In this document: positions 1 through 12,700 of the stretch, in pieces
Numbering within the stretch: position 1 is the stretch's first letter
How the letters are laid out: each line of letters opens with the position of its first letter
Assembly: GCF_009914755.1 (NCBI RefSeq)
Contig: NC_060926.1
Strand: one strand, 5' to 3'
DNA: 64,000 nucleotides
Origin: the human T2T-CHM13v2.0 reference genome, Homo sapiens
Program-made: the position numbers and the translations under genes
Notes under the pieces: model-generated
Told to the model about the DNA's origin: nothing
The model's input: only the letters and a program-made list of their open reading frames with translations
Databases searched by the model: none

Positions 1-369
1 TGTTTTCCCATAAAGAGAAAAAAGTGTACCTATTTTTCTGTTTAATGAGCTAAGATAACTGAAGGCTATGGCACTCGATACATCTTGTAGCTTTTATGAT
101 ATTGTCCAATTTTGCAAGATTCATAATTTACAACTCAGGTAGAGAAACGAGAGGTGGGCATGAATGGAAATTAGAAACCTGTTGGGTAGTACTGTTGAGT
201 GTGGTGGCTTGATGTTAATTAGGATGAGAGGTTGCATGCTTTGCTCCAAGTGTGCACCACATTGGCAGCAAAGACATATTTGCTCCACCTTCATTACCTC
301 TGAAGAAGAAAAGTCTACAAAACCCCCAAAGGTTGCCAAAGTTGGCCTTTGCTACCCTCTCCCCACTGC

Positions 370-875
370 TTTGTTTTCAAATGCATCCTTCTCTAGGTGG
401 CAGCCCAGATTCCTATCTCCCATCTTTTCCTGGCCCAATCTATTCTCATAATGGCTGTGATGCTGGCTGCGCATCAAAAATTTGTGCTCCTCCTTCCATG
501 TGGCTCTGGAAAGTGGATGCCTAGGAGAGATCGTATTTCCCAGTTCCACGTGCATCTTGGTAGAGCCATGGACTAGTTCTTACCACTAGTCTATGGGCAA
601 TAAGGTGTATCCAGCTTTGGCCAAGGTGGTTAAGAAGACTTCTTCACACCCTGTCTTTCCTCTTCTGTACTGTTAACAGAGGACGTAAGGATGCCAGGGG
701 GCCACAGTGTGGAAGGAGTCTAAATCTCTCAGTTTCCACATGGAGGAAAGCTGGCTGCTCACCATGACACCTACCTTGTACTGTTACATGATTAAAAAGT
801 AAAATATTTTGTGATAAACCACTGAAATTGTATGGTTTGTCAGAGCAGTAAGCTTTATCCCAGCCCAGATAATAC
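370..875 (+). mobile_element. Old MaLR solo LTR (MLT1J/K-like), degraded
   Basis: MLT1-type 3' end 'taaaccactgaaattgtatggtttgtcagagcag...cccagataataca'; 5' boundary uncertain. Confidence 0.55.
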
Positions 876-903
876 ATTATGGTCCCTATTCATTCTTAGT
901 GGG

Positions 904-1316
904 TGATATAGTTGGATATTTTTCCCCCAAAATCTCATGTTAAAATGTAATCCTCAGTGTTGGAGGTGGGGTATGGTAGGGGGTGATTGGATCATGGGGG
1001 TGGATTTCTCATCAGTGGTTTAGTGCCATCCTCTTGGGGCTGTCCTCATGACAGTGGGTGAATCCCCATGAGATCTGGTTGTTTCAGTATGGTACCTCCC
1101 CGCTGCACTCTCTCTTGCTCCTGCTTTCACCATGTGACATGCCCGCTTTCGCTTCACCTTTTGCTGTGAGTAAAAGCTCCCTGAGGCCTCCCCAGAAGCT
1201 GAGCAGATGTGGGTGTCATGCTCTTACAGAACTATGAGCCAATTAAACATTTTTTCTTTTTAAATTACCCAGCCTCGGGTATTTTTTTTATAGCAATGCA
1301 AGAATGACCTAACACG
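904..1316 (+). mobile_element. MaLR solo LTR (MSTB-like)
   Basis: Starts tgatatagttggatat..., has 'gaggcctccccagaagctgagcagatg', ends 'tagcaatgcaagaatgacctaacac'. Confidence 0.88.
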
Positions 1317-1489
1317 GCTGACTAAACACTAATGCCCAGGATTAAGTCAGAGAATGATGACACCCTCCTACTGGAGGATTTGTGTTTTGCTTGGGGGAAC
1401 TGCCTACCCTTGTCCTCTGTCAAATGATAATGTTCATGGTTGTACATGCCAACCACATGGTGACTGACCCTGCCATCCATCAACATGAT

Positions 1490-1760
1490 GAGGAGAAAAT
1501 AGGGCTGGTTAGAATCAGAGTTCCTGGATCTGAGTTCTAATAACTTAATACTTAGTGGGTACTGAGCAGGCTATTTAACTCCCAGAGCCATGGTTTTCTC
1601 ATCAGGAAAGTGGGGGGGAGTGTTGTCATGTTCAAGACTTTGGAACCTGACAGCCCCCAGTTTGCGATCTACAAAATCTTTACGAATTCCTTACTCTTTG
1701 TAAGACTTGGTTTTCTCAACTGCAAAATGCAGATAAGAACACCTTTCTTGTGAGCTTATT
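1490..1760 (+). mobile_element. MIR SINE fragments (two)
   Basis: MIR-core-like 'ggttttctcatcaggaaagtggg' and 'ggttttctcaactgcaaaatg'. Confidence 0.55.
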
Positions 1761-1767
1761 GGCTTAC

Positions 1768-1925
1768 TCATTCAATAATTTATTTATGCATTCAACAAGT
1801 ATTTACTGAGAACTTTCTCTGTGCCAGACAAAATTACAAATACAGGAATACAATTGTGAACAAGACAAAGTTTATGTCCTTATGAAGCTTATAGTGGCCA
1901 TGGTAGATAATAAACAACAAATAAA
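1768..1925 (-). mobile_element. L2 LINE 3' end
   Basis: 'cattcaacaagtatttactgagaac...tgtgccagac...gtgaacaagacaaag' is the antisense L2 tail. Confidence 0.75.
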
Positions 1926-3524
1926 CCTGTATTCAACTAGTATGGTGAGGTGAAATGAGCTTATGACTGTAAGTCTCTTACACAGTGCCTGGTACATGGT
2001 GAAGACTAAGAAGTGGGAGATATTATTAATATTAACTATAAAGATGAAAATGCTGAGTAATTACATTCAAAAGGATCCAGTAGGGCTATTGTGAGGATTA
2101 GATGAAATTAGTGTTTATAAGCTATTTATTTTATCTGCTTACTTGGTGATTAATTGAAGCAAATATAAAGAATATGTTAAGTTTCCCCTCACTATTTCAG
2201 TGAGGTTGGGATATTTTTGGTTCGCATAAGCCACTTGTTTCTTGAGAGCAGAGGAACCACAGTCAAAATGTAGCCCCCACCCCATGCCAATCTAAGTCGC
2301 TTTGAGGTGTTGTGTCTGCCCTCGAGCAGAAATAATTTAACTTTGGCTAAATCAAATGCGGGAGAACAGGACTCTTCGAATGGCTCCTGGATTCTGTCAT
2401 TGGCACAAAGTGCCTGGACCCTAAATAGAAGCTCCGACTTTACTGGCACCAGTGTCCATCTGCCGGACAGCGCCTCTCGGAACCCTGATGTGCAATAACT
2501 GTGCACTACCTCTGAGTAAAAAATAGTTAGCTTCAATGCGTGTATGGGAAGGGGAGTATGTGAGAGCAGGCAGGTAAAAGGATTTGCAAGGTACTATCTC
2601 TTTTTGAGATTCTTGCCATGTGATTTTCCTACAAACAGGTGAGCAGAGCACACTGTTAGCTAGTAGATTAGGTTGCATAAGTAGAATGAGCATAAAAGTT
2701 ATCCATTGTGGACACTTTTGAGTGTGAAAGGGAACAGTATTAATAATTATGTCAGGACAGCAAGAGTAAGTCAGGGCTGCCCTGGGCAGCAAAAAGAGAC
2801 ACATGTCCACCCTGAGCACATGTCCTCAGGAAAAAAGCTCTTATTGATTTCTAACAATCACGAGGAAACAGAAAATATACAAAAGTAGCCACAGAAGTTT
2901 TATTAACATCTTAAATGCCCTTACTTTGCATACTATGTACTTAGTATGTAATGCATTGTATAACATGTGCTTCTTTAAACTATAGAGCTGCGGTATACAA
3001 ACAGGTTTTTGCAACCTGTTCTCTAATTTTAGCAACATGCTGTAAACATTATGTCCAGTCTTTGAATATAACATACAATATTTTAAAATACAAGAAAAAG
3101 AGGGAGAGAAAAAAATCATCTTCCTTTAAATGAGTTTGCTTTTACATAGGGATATAACATGGTGAGTCGGAAAAATACAATAAAGCCTTTTGATGCTTCA
3201 TATTTTCTGAAAACCTAGAGGGGAAGAAAGGGGAGGTCCTAAGAGGGGAGTTAATAGTCATAGTTTACCATTTCTCACCAGTCTAGAGCAGGGATTAGCC
3301 CAGAATTTGGCAGTGAAGGGGTATGGGCAAAGTATTCCCAATAGGGTCTTCTGGTAACTGAAGTTGGAAGAAGTGCAGAACTTTTATCAGCAGGCCTCAA
3401 AGAGGGGAACAGAAACAGCGGGGAGATGGTAGTGTCCTGTTGCCTTGGGCCATTCCAGAGCAGTGAGTATAGGGCCCTCTCTCTTCTGGAGCACAGTGCA
3501 TGGTCCTAAATCTTACCAAGAAGG

Positions 3525-3972
3525 GCCAGGTTGGTTCTCCTGGAAGCAGACTGAGAGACGCTGATTTTCCTTAGGAAGTGGGTTGAGGTGTGCCCTTGGA
3601 GCAATACCTGTGAAGGAGCAAGGGCAGCAGGACTGGGCAGAGGGAGGAGTTGAACTGTGATGCAGTTACAAACAAAGGCCTCAGCGGATCCCACGGGGGG
3701 CTCTGGACTGGGATGGCCCTTCAGAGTTGTCCTACATTAAGGAAAGAGTCTCAAACCTTTGGATCCCTGTCCTTATCTCCATAGACTAATCTCCATCTAC
3801 TACTACAGAGAGGAGACATGGCCTTGGATGAGGTAGCTCTCTTCAGCTGAAGGCAATGCTGGGAGAGGAACTCAGCTGACAGCTGGCAGCTACCAACACT
3901 CCTAGAGCCTGGGGGAAAGAATACTACAGTCCTGGATGGGGAATCTGGGCTACCTACCATAGCATACCCTAC
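3525..3972 (-). mobile_element. ERVL solo LTR, LTR16A-like
   Basis: 'ggcagagggaggagttgaactgtgatgcagtt...ggcctcagcggatcccacggggggctctgg...gggatggcccttcagagttgtcc' matches the antisense LTR16A consensus; homologous to the copy at 23971. Confidence 0.8.
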
Positions 3973-3973
3973 C

Positions 3974-4155
3974 CAAGTGGTTCCCAAACTTTAGCACAGT
4001 GTATCCCAGTCACCTGGTGGGCTTGTTAATATACAGACTCCTGGGCTCCATCCCTAATGTTTCTGATCCATTAAGTCTGGGACAGGGTCAAGCATTTGTA
4101 TTTCTAACAAGTTCCCAGGAGTGCTGACCAGGGTGTCCCACTTTGAGAACCACTG
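3974..4155. mobile_element. MER5A hAT-Charlie DNA transposon (MITE)
   Basis: Terminal inverted repeats 'agtggttcccaaa' / 'tttgagaaccactg'; internal 'atttgtatttctaacaagttcccag'. Confidence 0.85.
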
Positions 4156-4559
4156 TAGTACATCAGGCATTTAGGAACTCATGCTCAGGCACAGATAGCT
4201 CACCAATCCTTTAAAAATATACAGCTAACAGCCATTCAAGTTTGTACATTTCAAAGCTGAATCAGGCAGCTTTTACTATCTGTAAGATCTCAGGTTTCTG
4301 CTTCTTTAAGTGACAATTTAGGGACCAGAAAAGAAAGTCCTGTTGCAATGCAGCATTTATTTGGAGGGCTTTAGGTCTCAGTGTCATAAATTATCTCAAT
4401 TTTCCAGAGGCCAGTAGCTGCTATTTGAAATTGTCATGAGCAATTCATTCCTTTACCTTAAGCATAACGGCCTAGAAAAGAGAAAGAAACTGGTTGCTTA
4501 GCTTACAGAATTTCTCCCCACAGCTGCATCTGTGCTACCTGGCATCTGTTCTTCTAGTG

Positions 4560-4987
4560 GACCACTCCTCTTGCCCCTGCTTGTACCATTTAGTCCAGTT
4601 CAGAAGGATCATGCCCTCATTGGACTGTGGCCTCCATAACTGGTTTAAGGGTAGACATGAGACCCAACTGGATTCCTCTGAGTCCTTTTGCAAGACTTGT
4701 ATTTGGAGTTGAGAGTTGAGAACATTTTCCTCTCTAATAAAGAGGATATGAGCCTCATTGAGGATAGAAGACCCTGTGGCTGTGTCTTTTGCACAGTGAA
4801 GAAGTCTATAGGCAATGTGGGAATGGGAGACCAATGGGTAGAGAGAGTGAGATAAGATACACTTGTACCCAGCTATTTCCCTGCCCTTCTTGGTGACAGG
4901 AGCCAATAAACCCTCCTTTCCTTAGAGAGCTCAAGGAGCTGAAGGTAGGTTGTTGCCACTTGCAGTCAAATGAGTCCTGTCTAATGC
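4560..4987 (+). mobile_element. ERVL solo LTR (LTR33-like)
   Basis: 'ggtttaagggtagacatgagacccaa' and 3' end 'ccaataaaccctcc...gttgccacttgcagtcaaatgagtcctgtctaat'. Confidence 0.55.
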
Positions 4988-5239
4988 TGCCTTTAAATGC
5001 AAATACTATGGGAAGCAGGATACATGGACCCAATTTTCAATCCTAACAACTTAACTGAAGATAATGTAAATAGAGAAGCCCTGCATGAAGTCTTGGTAAA
5101 GTCCAGTTAGCATGCAGCAGTAGGGATCTTTTAAAGCTACGTTTGCTTAGAGAATACTGGGGGATGAGGGTAGGAATGGAAGATAAATAGAACCACAAGT
5201 GGATACTCGCTGTGTACATCCACCAAGTGCTCTTTTATG

Positions 5240-5400
5240 TATGAAACACTCTTCATTCCATGTAGTCCGGGATGGCAGGTAACATAGAAAAAGAAAGTGA
5301 GGCCTAGAGAGGTTTTGTGCATTTCTCAAGGCCGCATGATGAATAAGTGGCAAGGCCATGGTTCAAACAAAACCTTTCTGATTGCAAGCAATGTGCACAT
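5240..5400 (-). mobile_element. MIR SINE
   Basis: 'gaaagtgaggcctagagaggttttgtgcatttctcaaggccgca'. Confidence 0.55.
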
Positions 5401-6371
5401 CAGCATTTCCCTGCCCTGTATGTGACCTGTACTCAAAGCAGAGGCCACAACAGAGGAAGGAGCAGATTTATAGTGGCAAGAAGGCAAAATTTACCCATTT
5501 CACAGCTTTGCCAAGGATTCACCTGGAGACTGAGACCTGGGACCCTTTCAGTGATCCAGGATCAATTTTGAGGGGTCAGGTACATTTCTTAAAAATCTTA
5601 AAATCCAGGAAGCCAAGTTCAGCACTGAAGAATGTTAGGGTAAAGCATATCATATTGAATTTATATTTATGTTGAAATTGATATTTATATTCCTTGACAG
5701 TCCACCCAGAGGTGAAACGATGGGTTTTGTCATTTTTGTTGCTTATTACCAAGATGTCTCAAGCGTCCATGATCAAAATACTCTATGGAACTCTTTCAAT
5801 TAAACATTGTTAACTCATACTCCATTAATTTGAACTCTTCCTATAATTCAGACGATGTCTATGTAATGCTTATTTAGTAAAAAGTTTGAAATTATTTCTT
5901 ATTTTACCAATTCCTAAGGCTTCCTCTCAAGTACAGAGAGTCTAAAAAAAGTATAACATTTTAAAAGAAAGACTCAGAAATTATGAATTTCTTCATGACA
6001 CTTTCACCACTGTGTCCAGTAACGAAGTCTTGTATGTTAGAAGAGTTTTATGTTTAGGAGGCATTAATATGTAGAATAGGCCTACATATTAAATGGTCCT
6101 CATTTAATCTATTAGCACTCATTTATGTCTTTATTTCTAATATACACTGCAATTAAAAATAATTAGCACTATTTCTTTGAAAACTATTCTGTAATTGAAG
6201 CTTTTGTCTAAGGCACTAAAGCTTTCCCATCATCATCAAATGCATAGGAAATGTTTTCACTCTGCATTGCTGTACTGATGCATTGAAACCAACTGGGTGG
6301 TTTGGAAATAAGTCTTGTCTGAATTAGTCAGACAAGTGTTTCCCTAACTTGCTTCATCATAAAGTTTACCT

Positions 6372-6480
6372 CTGAGATTCTGCTTCAGGTCTTGGTTAGG
6401 ACCTGGAAAGCTTTATTTTTAACCAGCATGCCAGGGATTCTGATATAGGCAGTCCATGGATAATGCTTTGAAAAATACTG
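6372..6480. mobile_element. MER5-family DNA transposon fragment
   Basis: 'ctgagattctg...tttttaaccagcatgccagggattctgat...ctttgaaaaatactg'. Confidence 0.6.
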
Positions 6481-7814
6481 AATTGGATGATGCCTAACTT
6501 CTTTATTTTCCTTTGAAATAAATCTGAATTAAGCTAGAAGAATATAGTATAGCAAAAGTATGTATTTACATTATCCATATATGAACATATGTCTGCAGTT
6601 GACATGTATGATTAGAAGCTTAGAGAAAATTTCATTTGTCAAAAAGTAAAATTCCTTTATAAAGAGGGAATTTATGGTGATTTTTCCCATTCTTACTCAT
6701 TTCTTTCAAGGTGAGATTTAATTTCCCATGACAATCATTTCACCAAATGATACACACTCACAAATACATAATTTTCTTTTGAAAAATTCAATATACTGTT
6801 CACCTCTAGGGCCTTTTCTTTACAGTGGAATGATTTGTATAATTTCACACCTTAGCTGTATTCTTTGAGTTCTTATTGATAATTGAACATGATTTGTTAT
6901 GAGAACAAACACACATCAATAGGAACACTGAGTGTACAAATTGTAAACACAACTAAAATTAAACAATTGTCTGTTTCTTCTAGCTTGTCCAGCAAACACA
7001 ATTTACGTACTTCTTTGACCTTGAAAATGAAACTAGGTTTTAATCAATTATTCAATCATTTTGAGACAGAATTGAATATGGCCATTCAATTTATTAATTT
7101 TGAAATTATAGTATTCCAATTGAATAAAAATATTTTAAAAGGCCACTGTATCTTGTTCTCTAATTTTCAAAGTACCATATATAGTTGCTACAGTAGGAGC
7201 TTATTTATGCCTCCTTCTCAATTCACAAACTTGCTCATTTTCTTCTGGCTTGCAACAAAGGTTTAACGAACAAATTCAGGAGTACTATGATATCCTAAGA
7301 TGAAAAGTTCACAAAATTCACCACCAGACATTTACTAGTAGACAATATATATTATCATTAGTAATTAAAACTAAATTACCCTTGTCAAAATGAATGGAAA
7401 AATGAGTCTTATCGTGTGCTGCTCTTGTATTTTATCATGTTTGTTGAGCATTTGTCTATTGGTGTGTTTCATGGGGCTTCCCATTGCAGTTGCTGCATAG
7501 CCCAGTAGCACTATTAGAGCACAACATGAAAGAATATGATGAATCCATCCCTTGTTTATGCACCAGGGATCCACTGTGCAAAAATCTCGTAATCCAATGT
7601 GAGTCTCCCCTTTGACGTTAGTGATTAAGCAAAGTTCTGCTTTCCTTATCACTTTAGAAAAGTATTCTAATTCCTACTCTTTACTTTCCCCTTCAATTTC
7701 TGATACACATATATCTCCATGGTTCATGAAAAATTTTCCCTGAAATAAATGGTGATGAAATGGAGACAAAGAATATAGTTACCAGTCTTTCTTTTGTATA
7801 ACATGCTGCCTGTC

Positions 7815-8830
7815 TATTCAACCAGCACTTACTGAATACCTGCCATGTGCCGAACTCTGGGTAGGCAATAAGGAGAGAAGATTAAAATCAATGAGAGAGT
7901 TTCTGCTCTCCAGGAGTTCACATTCTGTTTGGAGAGACAAATGCATAAATACATTAATTGAAATAGAATGTGGCAAATGCAGTAATGTACACACGTGACT
8001 GCTCCATAGGGCACACATGTGACACACATGCATGGCAGGGCTAAAGGAGCATATGGGGAACATCTGACCAGAGGATGACCACCCATGAGGCTCCATTGAA
8101 TAACAGTCATTGAGTTGAGACTTGAAGCACAAGCAGACAAGCAGAGGGAACTTAAAAGAGCATGACTTGTGGGGTTGGGGCGAGGTAGGCTGAGTAGCTA
8201 AGTGTAAAGGGAACAGGGAAGAGAGGCTGTACTGAAGAATGGGAAAAGCTCCATTTTGTAGATTAAATTGCATCCCCCTGCCCTGCCAATTCACATGTTG
8301 AAGCCCCAATCCCCAGGGTGACTATATTTGGAGACAGGGCCATTAAGGAGGTAATTAAGATTAAATTAGGTCTTAAGAGTGGGGTCCTCATCCAATAGGA
8401 CTAGTGTTGTAATAAGAAGAGGAAGGGACACCAGAGATCTCTGGTGAGAAAAGAGGTCATGTGAGTGCATAACAAGATGGTAGCCACCTGCAAATCAAAA
8501 GGAGAGGTCTTAGCACGAAGCCTATCTTGCTGGCTCCTTGCTCTTGGGCTTCTCAGCCTCCAGAACTGTGAGAAATACATTTCTGTCAATTAAGTCACCC
8601 ATTCTGGGGGTATTTTGTCATGGCAGCTCTAGTAGACTCCTACACTCTATGAGTCAGTGTTAAAAGGGCTTTGTCTGCAGTGCTAAAGAATCTGGACTAG
8701 AAGTGACAGATGGCTAATTTGCAGAGCAGTGTCATGGTCAGATTTGGGCTTTTTGAAGACTGCTGTGTCTGCAGTGGGGATGGCAGGTGGGAGGGAAGGT
8801 AGACTGAGGCCATAAAACATGCAAGGAATA
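7815..8830 (-). mobile_element. L2 LINE fragments interrupted by an MLT1 LTR
   Basis: 'tattcaaccagcacttactgaatacctgccatgtgcc', 'ttgagttgagacttgaag', 'gtcatggtcagatttgggctttttgaagac'. Confidence 0.65.
8257..8644 (+). mobile_element. MaLR solo LTR (MLT1A/B-like)
   Basis: 'atgttgaagcccca...tatttggagacagggcc...cagcctccagaactgtgagaaatacatttctg...tttgtcatggcagc'. Confidence 0.85.
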
Positions 8831-8849
8831 GAAACATAAGGGCAGATCA

Positions 8850-8980
8850 AAGACCTCAGTCTGGGGAGCCAGGAGGGGGCTATGTTTTAGTCCAGCTCTT
8901 CTACTACCAGCTGTTTGACCTTGAGACAATCACTTTATTCTTCTGGACCCCTGCTTCCTCTTCTGTAAAATGAGGAGTGT
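8850..8980 (+). mobile_element. MIR SINE
   Basis: 'ctaccagctgtttgaccttgagacaatcactt...ttcctcttctgtaaaatgagg'. Confidence 0.7.
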
Positions 8981-9059
8981 TCACTCATGGGTAGTCACTA
9001 TGGCCTCACATAATGGACATTCTTCTCTGAATACTCTCCCCTCCCCTTCCCCACAGTGT

Positions 9060-9765
9060 GTTTGAACCTCATGACCCTGTTGCACAGGCTAGAGTTGATT
9101 GGATCAAAGTGGTCACCTTACTTAGTCTGGCTTAGTCTGGCTCTTTCTGTCAAAGCTTTGGTCAGAGTCAGTCAAGAGGTCTGGGTATTGGGAACTGCTA
9201 TGGGCTGAATGTATGTGTCCCCCGCAAATTCACGGTTGAAATCTAAATCCCCAAAGTAATAGTATTAAGAGGTGGGGGCTTTGGGAGGTTATTAGGCCAT
9301 GAGGTCTCTACCCTCATGAATGCGACTAGTGCCCTTATAAAAGAGGCTTGAGGGAGCCTGCTTGTCCCTTCCACCATATGAGGTCACAGTAAGAAGTTGC
9401 CATTTATGAGGAATAAGCCCTCACTAAATATCAGATCTGCTGGCATCTTGATCTTAGTCTTTTCAGACTCCAAAACTGCAAGAGATAAATTTCTGTTGCT
9501 TATAAATTACCCAGTCTAAGGTATTTTGTTACGGCAGCTCAGCCAGAATAAGATAGGAACCATTCACATTAACAAGAGAAAGTTTTTGGAATCTTATCCG
9601 TGTGTCCTCAGAGTGGCCCCTGTTCACCGTATTCCTGAGACCTGCTTGTTCAGATTTTCCTTGAGTTCTCCTTGATTTCTCACCTCCATATATTTAGATT
9701 ATTAATTTTTTCCCTTAGGCTAGCTTGAGTCAGTTTTTGTTATTTATAACCAGAAATGTGTTATC
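9060..9765 (+). mobile_element. Old ERVL LTR (LTR33-like) split by MLT1A0
   Basis: 5' part 'gattggatcaaagtggtcacc'; 3' end 'cttaggctagcttgagtcagtttttgttatttataaccagaaa'. Confidence 0.45.
9196..9555 (+). mobile_element. MaLR solo LTR (MLT1A0-like) with 5-bp TSD GGAAC
   Basis: Starts tgctatgggctgaatgtatgtgtcccc; GGAAC at 9191-9195 and 9556-9560. Confidence 0.9.
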
Positions 9766-12700
9766 CAAATGACTTCCTGATTTGACATTTGATGAATCTG
9801 ACATAAGGACATGACATGCATTTGTAGCTGGTCTAGGGCCAGCCACATCCCATTCAGAATGGCAGAGTGGTTGCTGGGGTATAAGATCCTCAGTCCTCCT
9901 ATAAGATTTCTCTACTTACCCTGTCGGTGTGTCTGAAATTCCCACTCTAATAGTCACGCCTGTGGATAGGGAATTTCTGCAATTCCATTGTCAGTGAGTC
10001 TTGGATTATAAGACTCATTACTTATTTATCATTAGAAAACAGGGTCCCAAGGAGGGAAGTCTTTGAGGATGGATAAAGTTAGAAAATATATGGATATAAA
10101 AAGTCAGCAGGCCAGAACTGAGATTTCAGGGTGCTAAGATCTGTTGGTGGTAGTCACGGGTCCAGATGACTCTGGAGGTAGAGGAAGGGTGCACCAAATG
10201 ACGGAATAGAAAGAAAATTGATCAGTGATATCATCCAATGCAGAACTGATGATTTCACTGTGGTTCAATCTTGGGCCAGAGTAGGGCCTCTAGGAAGTTC
10301 TGTGAGAGTCCAGCTTGATTGTTCACATTCTACGTGAAGAACTGTTCTCCTTTCCAAAGTGTGTGAGTAGGGAGCCCCTCTAGGAAGCTGAACTGAGCAG
10401 GTTTTGGGCAGAGTGCTGAGATGAGCACATGCTTAGGTTAGAAGCTGCTGTCTCAATGCTTGCTCCACCACTTGCTGACCAAGGGCTTCAGCCAAGGCAC
10501 TCAATCCCCTTGTGCTTCCCTTCCATTTCTTGCAAGGCAGCTGTGAGTAGAAATTAAGTTAGGTGCCATATGGAAAGATGTTTAACAAATGTTTACAATG
10601 AAAGAAAAAGCACATATCTATAGCTATCAAAGTTAAATGATATTTTTCACAGGCAAAAACCTTCATCAAGATGCCATTGAAAGAGAAAACTGGGAAATGG
10701 TTTGCATAGCACAGATTTGTTAGATTTTATGTTTTGCTCCAAACTATAACTTCACTAATTTGTCTGGGAATAGGCATTATTTCTCAGTACACCTTTTGTC
10801 CTGCTATGATGTTATTTTGACATCTCTGCCCACTGGCGTTTTGTCGGTTACTTAAACAAGATTGCTCTGGCTGGAAACTTGGAACCTGTGTTAGAATTCT
10901 CCACCTCTTGTGTACTCTGAGATAAATGCTCTACCTCTCTGTGCTGTAGTTTCTTTTCGTCTGAAAACAAACTGATGCCTGCTTCCCTATCTTATGGATT
11001 CTCCACGGAAAACAATTAACAAAAGTGATAACTAAACACTCTTCCCCCAATCAAGTGCAGTAGTTCAGTTTTGTATACATTAACCGCATGGTATTTTAAA
11101 TCAACCGGGGAAACAGGCACTCACCTCCTCAGCCAAGATGATTAAAAATTTATGCCAACAAAATGAAAAAGCATGCTGATTCTGTTCATTTCACCCATTA
11201 ACTTCATTCCACAAAGAAGAGAATGGACTGCTTAACAAATACATGTGAGCTCATTTAAATGGTATAGACACTTATTTTCATGTAAAGATAGTGGTATGTA
11301 TGATAGATGACCTTAAAATCATATCCAGCCCCATGGTTTGGATCTACAATTTTGTATACTTTTTAGGTGGTTAAGGAAGAATTCACTGTTAAAAACAGGA
11401 ATCATTGATTGTAGGCTGGTGCTGCTACTGCAAAATGCTGCTCAGCCCCGCAGTGCTCTCAGTTGGGTTGACAAAGTCATCTCCATCCAAAGCGTCAAAG
11501 GCCACCCTGACATTGTTTTGGTTGGAAACATGAATGACAACAGCCATCTGGGCTCCTCAGGGTGCTAAGGTGGTCTGTGATGCCTCCCCCAGTCCTTTGC
11601 AATGCCTCCAGCACACCCAACAGCCGTTTCCCAGTGTCCGTGTACACAAAGGTGGCTATCAACTCTGGGGAGGGAGTGCTTCCTGTGTCCTCCTTGGAAT
11701 AGAGGGTGGCCCTGAGTAACTTGTACCATGTCAGGATACATAGGCAGAGTTCTGATTCAGCGGTTCTGTATCTCTATTGAGCTGATGAAAGTCTTTAAGT
11801 CTAGTAGAAAAAGCTCAGGCTCACTTCTCAAATGGACTGAAGTGCAAATCCTAACTTAGTCACTAACTCCACTAATTCACTCTGTGATCGTGAGCTAATT
11901 GTTCAATTTTCTGAGCCTCAGTTTCTTCACCAGTAAAATAGATAGCTGGAAACAGGGTTGTATTAAATAAAACAACCAGTCCAAATTAAGGGACTTAATA
12001 AGTATTTGGTTTCTCCTTGATTATTAAAACCATTGGATTTATTCAGAGCTAGGTACGGTTGTTAAGTTAGTTCTTTTCATGAAACAAATGACATTAACCA
12101 CAGTAAAATATTCTTTATCGACTGGATAGAGATGAGCTAATGTAGACAATGAAAGCATATTTTGGGGATGAGCCTTGCCAAGTCCACTTTGATATTTTTG
12201 TTGTACAAGAGCAAAGCCAGATGGAGATGATGAAGTGGCTAAGCTGGGTGCAAAAATATGAGACCAAGGTATTTTTTCACTAATTTTTACCCATGGAACT
12301 ATTTGGCACCTTCCCTGAGTTATAAAAGAGGGCTTCTACTCAAAGTCTGTGGGTCACACAGCCCCTATCCAGACCCCAAAAGTCCTTTAGCAAAATCTGA
12401 CTTTGAGTTAAAAGCAGAAATGGGTTGTGAGCATCTGCTCTGGAGGCGTCAGATAACACTCTTGCTTATCAAACCTTGATCAGAGAGGATGACAGAAACA
12501 TATGGAAAGGCCTTGCCCTTCTGACCTTCCCACTATAATGTTTGGAAACCAAGGGGCTCAGGGTGCTTTAGGAGAGGCCTGAAAAAGAGGCTAGTGTGCC
12601 TAAATTCAGTTCTACACACATTTATCAAGCTGGTCCCAAATGGTAGACATACTGCCAGGAGCCTAGGTGGCATTAGGACCATCACAGAGACCAGAAGGCA

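Noticed and set aside
7818-8309. Longest ORF (163 aa, minus strand)
   Set aside because: Spans L2 and MLT1 repeats; no recognisable domain
11425-11550. Protein-like minus-strand frame (NQNNVRVAFDALDGDDFVNPTEST)
   Set aside because: Bounded by stops, no clear splice sites, no family recognised
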